A stretch of DNA of 64,000 bases from contig CM074811.1 of assembly GCA_037447605.1 (NCBI GenBank), positions 124,001 to 188,000 of the forward strand, given 5' to 3'. A program made the translations under genes and the position numbers. The notes beneath the pieces were generated by a model. The model had not been told where the DNA came from. It made no database searches and saw only the letters and a list, made by a program, of their open reading frames with translations. Positions 1-10,100 of the stretch are shown here, piece after piece; within the stretch, counting starts at the first letter, position 1; each line of letters opens with the position of its first letter. This stretch comes from Zygnema circumcarinatum SAG 698-1b (Eukaryota > Plantae > Zygnematophyceae).

Positions 1-1
1 A

Positions 2-3000
2 TCTCACTGGGCGACTCTGCACGAGGGCGCGACCTTTTCTGGAGCTAGAGGAGGTGTAAACAGAGCTGTTTTGAGAATACCGTCAATGCCGTGTCACATT
101 GCAGCTGGACGAGGCGTATATCTCTCATCTCATTTTTCAGAACTTCAAACTAGCAGCCAATGTAAGCAGACTAAACGGAAGAATCACTACGTTAACCGAC
201 TTTGGTCAACTCGACATGATGACCGTCGAAGTAATTTGCTAAGCAAAAGACTGTATGCCGTTTCAGACGACAGGCCACCTCTTGTCGTTCAAAAGACAAA
301 AGAAGAGTGGAAGGAAGAAGGGCTCGTAATCAATGAAGCGGAGCTGCAGAAGGATCAGCTCCTTGAGTCAGAGGAGAAAAGAGCGGGCCGCGGTTGGAGT
401 GGTCAGTCCATGTCCAGCTCTCTCCCACCGGAGAGTTTGATCCTCTTCTTCGCCTGCATTGTTGGGGTGGTGACGGGAGGAGGGGTTGTGCTTTTCAATA
501 CAATGGTGAGAGGGTTATGTGGTAACAAAACGTTCACTAAAGAAATATGACTGCGTTCAGTATTTGTGGCTTGCTTGTTAAAATTTTAGATGTAGACCAT
601 TTACGGCCTACACTACCTGAAAGGATCTTTATGCACCCACCGTACGGAGTGGTCAATTCGACATTATCTTAAAAGAATGGGGCGTCGTAGAATTCACTGT
701 GCATGATTGGCGTTCTTCTCCGTGCTCTCTGATCGCCGGTTTCGCTCTCCTTCTGTCTTGCAGGTCCACGAGATTCACGATGTAGTCTGGGAGGGTGTCC
801 CTGGTGTTGAATGGCTTAGGGACCAGCCCCTGGAAGAGACCTGGCCGCGTCTTATTCTCGTTCCGCTGTCAGGGGGCATAGCAGTAGGCGCTTTGAACAG
901 TGTGCGCGCCTGGCTGGACAGCTCCTTGGATGCCGCGAAAGCAACGCGGCAGGACCGTACTCTTTTGTCCAGCGTGAAGGCTGCCTTCTCGCCCGCTTTG
1001 AAAGCGCTATCCGCGGCAGTCACGCTTGGCACGGGGAACTCCTTGGGACCTGAAGGTCCGAGTGTGGAGGTGGGAGCCTCCATTGCGAAGGGAATGAGCA
1101 AGCTGCTGCGGAACAGCCGTGAGCGCAAGCAGGCCATGGTTGCGGCAGGCTCAGCTGCAGGCATCTCTTCAGGTGGGCAGCGGGCGGGTTCAATCAGCCT
1201 GAGAGGGATGCACGGGACGGGCAGCCTGGCCCGTGCTCTGACTAATTGAAGTATGTAGTGAGTGAGGGGGAAAAGACGTCCTTTTGTCGCCTAACTGTTC
1301 TGCAGCATTCGCATCACACTGCCTAGCAGTCGCTTAGGGAGCCCCCGCCCTTTTTGCTGTTGACAACGCTTTTTTTCAATTCGAGCAACACCATGTTCTG
1401 CTCGCCTGCAACTACCATTGTATTCCAGGTGGCCCTTTATTGGTCTACTAGTATGTCTTGGAATATTTTGTGTATTGCCTCTTGCTTCTCCAAACTTGGA
1501 TCAACGTTTCTCTTGAAATGGAGATCCAAGTTCAAAGGAAGAATCGGTCAATTTGAGCCATGGTTTTTTTTATGTTTTCACACGGGGAGCCGGACCTCCC
1601 GATTCTGCTGGTCTTTGCAATCGCTTTTTAATGAATATGTGAGATGATGGATGAGCGCGGTGCAGGTTTCAATGCGGCCGTGGCTGGCTGCTTCTTCGCC
1701 GTTGAGTCAGTATTACGCAGCCCCGGGGGAGAGAGCGGGTCCCTCACTATGGCGATGATTCTGCTGAGCTCTGTCTTGGCATCCGTCATCTCCCAAGCCG
1801 GCCTTGGGTCAGATCCTGCCTTCAAAGTTCCAGCTTACGAGTTCCGCTCGCCTGCTGGTGGGTCACTTCCAGATTGCTTACTAGCTCAATTGGAGTTGAA
1901 GCTTCCTGGGGATCATATTTTTGAGGGACCACATAATCAGTTTGCCACACTCCCCTCTGCACTTCCTAGACGAGTACCATATTCCTCACTCCCTTCCATG
2001 CTTATGTCGTGGAAGTTGCCATTTTCCCTCGTTTGTTTCTGATGTGGATTTGCAGAGCTTCCCTTGTATCTCCTTCTGGGTGTCCTATGTGGCCTGGTCT
2101 CGATTGCCCTCACCCGTGGGTCCGTGATGGCCTCGCAAGGGTTCGACAAGTTTCAGAAGATAACGCACCTCCCCCCAGCGTTCCTCCCTCCCCTGGGCAG
2201 TCTCTGCGTGGGGTGCCTCGCCCTGGAGTACCCCGAAATCCTGTACTGGGGCTTCGAGAACGTTGACTTCCTGCTGGAGTCGCGGCCCTTCGTGCACGCC
2301 CCCCCGCCCCTCGTGCTCCTCCAGCTCGCGGCCGCGAAGGTTGTGGCCACAGCGCTGTGCCGCGGCTCCGGGCTCGTCGGCGGTGTGTACGCGCCCTCGC
2401 TCTTCATTGGCGCGGCGCTCGGCTCCGCGTACGGCCGCCTCGTGGCCGCCGCCCTGGCCTGGGCCGAGCCGGCCTATCACGTCCCATGGCTGTCACTCGC
2501 CTCGCCGCAGGCGTACGCTCTGGTCAGCATCACACTCTCTCTCTCTCTCACCCCTTACATTGGAAGGCACGTCCATGCTGGATTGGTCGCATGCTCAGCA
2601 GATCAGGGGCTCACGGTTTGAACTTCCACTGGCAGGTGGGCATGGCTGCCACTCTGGCCGGGGTTTGCCAGGTGCCGCTGACGGCTGTGCTTCTGCTCTT
2701 TGAGCTCACCCGCGACTACCGCATCATCCTTCCCCTCATGGCTGCTGTGGGCATCTCGGCCTGGGTGGCCTCAGAAGGGTCAAGGAAGCAGCAGCGCAAG
2801 CAACTGCCTGCAAGCCCGCCGCCGTCTGCCAACACCCCTCTTATGCTGGCAGCTGTCGCGCCTTCAGCCGCTCCCCTGTACTCTCCGCCCGCAGCGTCTC
2901 TCGTGGCCCCGGGCAGCGCCGCCCTTTCCCCCGTCCTCAATGGGGCCGCCTTTGGCCGAGGGTTGGAAGACCGTGCGGGGGCGGCGGGTGCAGCTGCTGA

Positions 3001-4003
3001 GGAAGGCGAGGCCGCGCCTGCTCTGAAGGTGTTCATGGCAGAGGTGGGCCTGCCGGCTGGGGAGAAGGCAGTGATGGAGGACATGGAGGGGCTGTGCATG
3101 TTGGACGAGAGTCTCTGCCTCGCGGACGCAGAGCTGCTGGAAGCTGCTCTAATGGAGGAGATACCTGTGGGATCCGCGATGAATAGAAGCTTTGCCGCAG
3201 TGCCAACGACGGCCACTGTAAAGGATGCCATGATGGAGATGGCCGGGAAGAGGGAGTGGTGCTGCCTGGTTTTGGGCGAAAACAGCTCCCTTTGCGGTCT
3301 CCTCACGCTGGCAGACGTGCAGCAGGAGGCGCAGCGAAAGGCAGGGAATGCGACAGGCAGTGTAAGCCCAGTAAATTCCTTTTTCATGCAGCTCGCGGCT
3401 CCTTTCTGGAGGAAAGGCGATCAATCCGCGGGTGCAGGGTTTCTAGCCACTGTCCAGACCGGATAGCTTTTCAGTTTCTGTGTCGTGCCTTTTTCTGCCG
3501 CTAGTGGCTCCTCGCCCGACCGTCTCTGGGTGGTGCGTGTACGGGTGCAGGTGCCTTCGCGGCTCGTGATGGCTGTGTGCAAAGCCACAACGGCCACGGA
3601 GGGCCGAGCCTTCTCCATCGTGACGGTGGAGGAGGCGGCCTCTCTGAAGGCCGCGCAGCGCCTCATGACCCCGCGCGGCCTCCGGCAGCTGCCGGTGGTG
3701 GCGGCGGACGGCGGGGGGGGGCCGCGGCGGGTGGTGGGCCTGCTCGACCGCGACGCCATCAGCCTCGCGTGCAGGTGAGCCGCCGCGCGCTGGGTGGGGG
3801 CGGCTGATAGGCAGTTGTCCTCTGGCATTCCTTTTGGCGGAAGGGGAATTGGTAAATTGGGGTGGGGAACACTGGGAACTCAAGAAGGGGCGGTGGTTGG
3901 GGATTGGGTCTGCAGGGCTGAGGCCACCAAGCGCCTCCTTTCTGTCGGTCCTGCACCCATGCCTACCGCTTCACTGCAAGCTGGCAATGGAGCGGCGCGT
4001 TAA
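2..4003 (+). CDS. CLC-e: Voltage-gated chloride channel, CLC-e (thylakoid-type) clade, with two C-terminal CBS domains; 5' end lies outside the window
   Basis: Frame open from base 2. Exons approx 2-505, 764-1172, 1666-1857, 2056-2522, 2636-3361, 3551-3774, 3916-4003, all GT-AG and phase-compatible. Motifs GNSLGPEGPSVEVG, GFNAAVAGCFFAVESVL, GGVYAPSLFIGA, VPLTAVLLLFELTRDY and CBS-like segments; TAA at 4001-4003. Confidence 0.88.
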
Positions 4004-5399
4004 CGTTCCATTTGCAGTCAAATTATTTTTCTGAACCGCGTTAAATTTGTTCAGGTTGCTTGTAAAGGTGAGGTCTACCCACTCTCAAAATTGGTGGAAA
4101 TTTATGGCTAGATGTGAACCTTTCGTCTAAGGTGGTTGCTTATGTTACAAGTCCTCATAGAAGCATGTCAACGACGCCTTCTGGCTGCATTAATTATGTT
4201 CTCATTGTTTCGTCTCCTTTGCAAATCGAAGCCCCGTCGGAGAGAATTATTGCACTTGTAGCTCTTAATTATCGTTGATCTGCAAGCCACGTAGCTTTTG
4301 CCCCTCGTTTACGCAAGTTTTGTCGGACCATGTGGCAGGTTTGTCATTTGCAGAAAAAGCATGAATCTCGAAAGCCATCGCAGAGGAGATTGGAATGGGG
4401 CAGTAGGTGATGGGAAGGACGGACGTAATCAGTTTTAGTTATAGCTGTGCTGCTCTCTTACGTAGACTCTATGGTGATGGGCAAAGCCCGTGGTTGCTGC
4501 CACACTGTATTTAACAAGCGGCCTATCAGATTAGATGTAGCCTTCAGCGAAAGTGCTGTTGCCCTTGTTTGCAATCTGTGTAGATTGTCACATATGTAAT
4601 CTCATTCAAGTATTCGATTTTTATTCTTCAAAAAAAGGACAAGGATACTTGAGGCATAGTCGTGTTCTTGCCCCTTGTCGCCGTTGGTTACTCTCCGCTC
4701 CTGACCTGCCTCCGCTGGAACTCAGCTCATGCAGTGGACAGAAATTGCCAAAAATGTCCGAGAACGAAGCCTCAATTAGTCCCAAAGCCCCAAGTGTTCG
4801 GCAATGCCTTCAAGTCTATTCTTCTCGGAGGGTTCCTTTGATGCTCCCCTCCAGCCTTTGGTGTGTTCTCCACAGTGGTTCCGCTAGCTATTCCTATTCC
4901 AGCCATCCTAGAACCGCCGCACACCGCTGATAATAATGACTTCATTACAAACCTCACTTACAAATAAAGTCTCTTGACTGATTAAATCAAAATTTAAAAA
5001 ATACAAGGGACACAGTTGATGACTCCTATGCTACAGGAATATGCTAATGGGAAAATGGGTGTCTGGAAATTATACTTAGAAGCTAAGATAAGCAAGTGCT
5101 AGCCAAAATTGACTGCCTCCATGGATCTCCGAGCCAGGATGAGTGCGCTGCAAGTAGTTTGTACTTGACTCTTCAGTGCTGCCTGTAATCGGAGTTCGCT
5201 GTGAACACAGGTTGACTGCTTAGGTACTGGATCGGGTTCAATGGTTGCTTTCCGCGAAACTCAATGCGAAAAAGTGCAAACGAGCAGGCAGAGGTACAGC
5301 CACTTTACAATTCGGTTTCGCCAAGCTCTTTCACTACTGAACTCACGGATTATTATCAGAAAAGGAGCTTCGGATTCGGAGCTTCCTGCCATTTCGGCT

Positions 5400-6224
5400 T
5401 CACCAGTAGTCTCTTTGGCTTGTAAACATTACCCAGAGCCCAATCAATGCTTTCATGATTGCATGAACTGCAACGGCAGAGAGGAAACTACCTTGCTCCA
5501 CTGCCACCAGCTGAAAGAACAAACCAGACAACGCTGCGCTCACACATTCTCCCCCATGCAGCCAGCCATACAGCAGATTTGTTGCAATTGCCCCCTCCCA
5601 ACTCCATGTTGAAAAAGGAACGTCCAGGAAGAAACGGTACTTTGATGACCTCCAGGCGACTACAGACCGATAAAGAAGCGAGCGAAACAAAAGTTCCTCC
5701 TCTATTGGAACAGCAGTCACATCGCCAACAAAACGAAGCGTGTCAAACGCAACTCCAAGTACCGCAGAGTTGAAGTCTACCGCTGGACGCCATAGTGTTC
5801 TCATCTTCCCGTTCGCATTCTCTCTCAATATGATCGTTGCCATTGCAGCAAGGAAAGCAGCAAGCACCGTCGTCAGCGACGGCACTGTGAGTGCAGCGAG
5901 GCCCTTCAGCTCCGGCAGAAACGGGCAGGCTAGGGCGAGAAACCCTAGGGTTGCGGAGTAGCGCATGAGCTTGATCCAGTATCGCACGCGGCGCATGGGC
6001 AGCGAGCGCGTGAGTTCGAAGGAGGAGGTGAGGCGCCCCCCTCCCCCGTCCTTGCGCGGCGCCCTCGCCAGCGCCGTGGCGGCGCGCAGCGTGCCGTAGT
6101 GCAGGCGGTTGGCCAGCGCCACCGCCAAGCCCGCCGGGAAGGCGCGCAGCAGCGCCCCCAGCACCGCCTCCCCTCGCCCCGCCATGGCCACGACCATGGC
6201 CGCCCCATCCCTCCCTCCCCACAT
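5400..6224 (-). CDS. CAAX prenyl protease-like / CPBP (Abi) family intramembrane protein, intronless, 274 aa
   Basis: Single ORF from ATG to stop. VPIEEELLFRSLLYR (EExxxR), YGWLH and AVHAIMKALIGLWV...DYW match CPBP motifs; several hydrophobic segments. Confidence 0.8.
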   Translation of the reverse strand: MWGGRDGAAMVVAMAGRGEAVLGALLRAFPAGLAVALANRLHYGTLRAATALARAPRKDGGGGRLTSSFELTRSLPMRRVRYWIKLMRYSATLGFLALACPFLPELKGLAALTVPSLTTVLAAFLAAMATIILRENANGKMRTLWRPAVDFNSAVLGVAFDTLRFVGDVTAVPIEEELLFRSLLYRSVVAWRSSKYRFFLDVPFSTWSWEGAIATNLLYGWLHGGECVSAALSGLFFQLVAVEQGSFLSAVAVHAIMKALIGLWVMFTSQRDYW

Positions 6225-6406
6225 CGACCGAGGGACATCGTAGCGTATCGGATGGAATTATACAGGAGCCATCAATATATCTCGATACGATATATCGCAA
6301 TCCTCGATGGTCTCCAAGCTGCCTCCGGGCGGCGCAGTAACACGCGCCGTGGAACTGTGTGGCCGCGCATGGAGCGGGGCGGGCGCGCGGCCGGGAGGGC
6401 CGCCGC

Positions 6407-6435
6407 GGGGGGGGGGGGGCGGGGGGGGGCGGGGG
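6407..6435 (+). repeat. Poly-G tract G13-C-G9-C-G5 (G-quadruplex-capable)
   Basis: Read directly; ends 3 nt before the YnfA ATG at 6439. Confidence 0.9.
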
Positions 6436-6438
6436 CGC

Positions 6439-6795
6439 ATGAAGGGCGAGGGCGCGGCGGCCATAGCCGCGTCTCTGGGCCTCTTCCTGGCGGCGGGCCT
6501 CTGCGAGATAGGCGGCGGCTGGCTGGTGTGGCAGTGGCGCCGCGAGGGCTGGCACTGGGGCTTCTTTCTGCTTGGCGCCGCGCTGCTCGTGGTCTACGGC
6601 ATCGTGCCCACCGTGCAGGCGGAGCAGTTCGGCCGCACCTACGCGGCCTATGGCGGCTTCTTCATCTTCTTAGCCCTGCTCTGGGGCTGGGCGCTGGACG
6701 GGAACCGCCCCGACAAGTGGGACTGGATAGGGGCGTGCGTGGCTGTCGCAGGGGCCTGCCTTATGATGTTTCCGCCGCGGAAGGCGTCCGAGTGA
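6439..6795 (+). CDS. ynfA: YnfA / UPF0060 family small four-TM membrane protein (SMR/DMT superfamily), intronless, 118 aa
   Basis: LFLAAGLCEIGGGWLVWQW, FGRTYAAYGGFFIFLALLWGWALDGNRPDKWDWIGA are typical of YnfA. ATG at 6439 is in frame with listed ORF 6307..6795. Confidence 0.9.
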   Translation: MKGEGAAAIAASLGLFLAAGLCEIGGGWLVWQWRREGWHWGFFLLGAALLVVYGIVPTVQAEQFGRTYAAYGGFFIFLALLWGWALDGNRPDKWDWIGACVAVAGACLMMFPPRKASE

Positions 6796-7187
6796 AAAGA
6801 ACGGAGATTCTTCTTGGCTGCCCGCGGGGGATTGCTGAATTCTGGTACACTCGTCAACTTTGGCTCTGGATTGAAGGTGCATGGGGGTAGGGTGCATGCG
6901 GTTGTTACATTCACATAGGGTGTTGAAAGGTTAATTTGGAAAGTTCCTGCTGACGTTCAATGGTTCACGAGGACAAGAGAGTAAGGTTAGTGTTATTTAG
7001 GTTGCCAATGTTGCTTTCCAGTATGTCAGCTTCAGCATTCGCACCACCTGAGCTAATGATGGTGAGGATGCTTTGTTGCAAGAGCTAATACCTTGTCTCT
7101 TGTCCTCTTTGGACAGGTGAGGAGGCCGTGGGATCTCTCAGGTGCACGGCACTTTTAGTTCTGTTCGGCCGCCTGCAACAAGTAACC

Positions 7188-10100
7188 ATGGCTCGTTCTT
7201 CCTCCCTTCTCGGACACGTCGGGGCGGGAGTGCGACTTGGCGAGAGGCCTGTGCCTCGCAGTAAACTGATAGACAAAGAGCATAAGTTAATTACTACATT
7301 TTTTCCCGAGGTATGGACAGACAAGCGTTCCTCGCCTTCTGGTACTGTTACCTCGTTAAGGGAGAGAAGTCGAGGACCTTCTCGAAGATCATATGAGGCA
7401 TTATATAATCTCCATCGATTTCCTAGTTCGCAACCATCTGGGCTATACAATCATCGTCAGTGCGACATTATTGCTCGAGGTTTGTCAAAGGCCACCACTA
7501 CCATTTCTCTGGCAAATTATGTCTTGTAAAGCCTTCAGTATCACAAGCCCTTTCTTTCTTTCTTACTTACATATATATATACTAAAAATAGATTAGAGTG
7601 ACCGACATGAAGGGTGCTGGGGGTTAGTGTGTTCATTGGGCATCAAAGTTCTCTTTGGCGATGCCGTAAATTCAAGTGATGCAGACACCTGGCTGGCAAG
7701 ACATTCCGCTATAGGGACTACCGAGTCGTGCTAGCGCGTTAAACGAATTTTCCACCCCCACGCAAGTGGCGCCTGTAGAAATGGTTGTTTAAGATACGTT
7801 AGAGCTGGCACTCCTTCCCACCAGAGCCAGTATCTGTTGCTTCATGTTACATGTTAGATTTCGTTAGCGAAGGCTCCATACACAGAATTTTTACAATTTC
7901 ACTTAGTAACCTTTCTGTCGTAGCTCATCAATATCCTACTTACGTAAGTCGAACTATTCCCCCTCTTTTCTCTGCCAACAACTGACGATACCTTATTAAA
8001 CAGGCTGTTTTTAGAAAGCACTCGCTCTGAACTTTGTATTCATCGTTCTTGTGTTTGCCATCATTTTTGCTCCCGCATTTTCTGCCTGCCGGCCTCTCGT
8101 TTGGCTACCTTTTCCGGACCTCACTCTCCTTTTTACTGGAAACCTTGAGTCATATTGGATAGCCAAACCTCTTTGTAGGCTCCGTTTCATACGTTTGGCC
8201 CATATAAGACTTTCCGTCGGACAGGTGCTGCATCTGGGAGTGCAATTGTAACCTCAGGGAGAGGACCACTGCGTTCATCTGAAGAGGAAGCAGAAAGCAT
8301 TGCGCAGCGACAGGAAGAGGAGGATTCTATCGATGACGAGGAGTGGGAAGACGGTGAGGTGGAGGAGTCGGAGGTTGAGGAAGAAGGCGATGAAGGCCTC
8401 AATCTGCAGCTTTCGGATGTTGATGACGAGGAGTTCATAAGGGTTGGTGTCATTTGCGGAACCCATGGATTAGCGGGGGAACTTAAAGTACATTCGTTAA
8501 CTGATTTTCCAGAGGAGCGATTCCAGCAGGTGAGCTTCAGGAAACGGCTTTCGTACAGCAAATGCGGTTGCTTTCCGTTGGACTACGTGAGCCGAGGGGG
8601 TATCGAGAGAGTCCTGTGCAACAGCATTAGCATAAAACTAGGTAGGGTATTTAGTAAGCAGGGCTATTCGATTTGGTAAGTCAGGGGCTGCGGCAACAGG
8701 ATGCGCTCCTATGCAGATAACTAGGTGAGGTAGCATGAGATAGTGATATCTTGACACAGAATGATCAACAGGCTTCTGAAGTATATATCTTTAGGCCAGC
8801 AGGGAAATGATGGTATACGTAAAAGGTCCGAGCTTTTTTTTGTAAGGCAGCCATAGCTGCTGCAACCTCATTTTCACGAGAAGGCAGGGAGAGTGCCCCG
8901 GGTCGCTTCTGCAGCTATGAGTGTGACCCCTCGCAAGCTCTCCTACATGACAAAACCCAGAAATGGGCTTAGTATTGGTGAAGAAGGCGTGGAATTCCTG
9001 TGAAGGGATTTCGGGAGTCCTAGATCTTCATCGTATAGCAGAGCCTCCTCAGGAGCATGAGTTGCTGCAGCTGATAGGCAGTCATTGCAGATGACAGCGA
9101 TGAGGTCCCTATTGTTTCTGATCCCAGCTGTATGTCAGGTTGAGGCACACTAACATTTGTCTAAGAGACCCTTAAAGAGATATTGGGGCAAACTGTCAGA
9201 TGACAGATCCTTAAAGTGATAGTTGGAAATTCTGTTAGATGACAGACAGTAGGGGCGGGACTCTTGGCGTGAGCAACATATCTATTTCTCTTTTGTTTCG
9301 TACTTGCTCTTGCAGCCAGCCCCCGTGTCAGCTTCCGAGGTTGTTAGGCCAAATGTGATCTGCTATGACAAAGTGAAGGGCCATTGTTTTCATACATTCT
9401 CTTGAGACTGGATCTTCTTTCATTAGCTGTATTCTCCATATTGTGCTTTCTGACGATTTCAGCTATTACTAGCATCGGCACTTGGACTCCCTGTGGTTAG
9501 GGTTTTTGCACGAGTCAGAATGTCCTTCTTGTTGCCCCTTGTCTATTCCCCCCGTCAGCCTTGGCTCTCCCAGACGTCTGCTATGGCTGAGCCCTGTGGG
9601 AGGGGCCCGTGCAGGCGGGGACTCGGTGGCTGCGTCCACCGGGCTTGAAGAAGCAGCCGCTGCGGGAAGTGAGGCTGGCCAATGGCAGACTCGGACCCGG
9701 CCGGCGCTCTCGCTGGCTTGTGCGCTTCAAAGGCGTGACTACTGTGGAGCAGGTGAAGGGACTCAGCAGTCTTCCTGATTGGCTGCGGCAGTTGGAGGAA
9801 GAGTTGCTCCTTGAAGCCGACTGAGCTGAATACAGACGCTTTCAAAGAAATCAATGCTGCTAGAGGTTGAAGTGGCCTGGAGAACAAGAGCTAGCAAGGC
9901 TTTGCATTGGGAAACTACTACACGATATGTCCTAATATAGTCTAAGCCGTTACACTTTTTTTTTCCGTTGTAACGTTGCTCAGGCCGAGGAGCTGATCGG
10001 CTCGTCCATTCTAGTACCTATCAGCGAGAAGCCTTCTCTGGAAGAAGGCGAATTCTACACTCGAGATCTTTTGGGTCTCAAAGTGGTTTTAGAGGTATGT

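Noticed and set aside
2716-3387. Long antisense or alternative-frame ORFs (also 775-1164, 5743-6555, 6099-6890, 16110-16823, 32491-33108, 36358-36843, 44167-44883)
   Set aside because: They overlap recognisable exons, show no family motifs, and are expected shadows of GC-rich coding sequence.
4553-4930. 125-aa plus-strand ORF between CLC and CAAX
   Set aside because: Non-ATG start, no recognisable motif, and it lies where two convergent 3' UTRs are expected.
5231-5250. GGTTCAA resembling a tRNA T-loop/B-box
   Set aside because: No pairing T-stem and no cloverleaf can be built.
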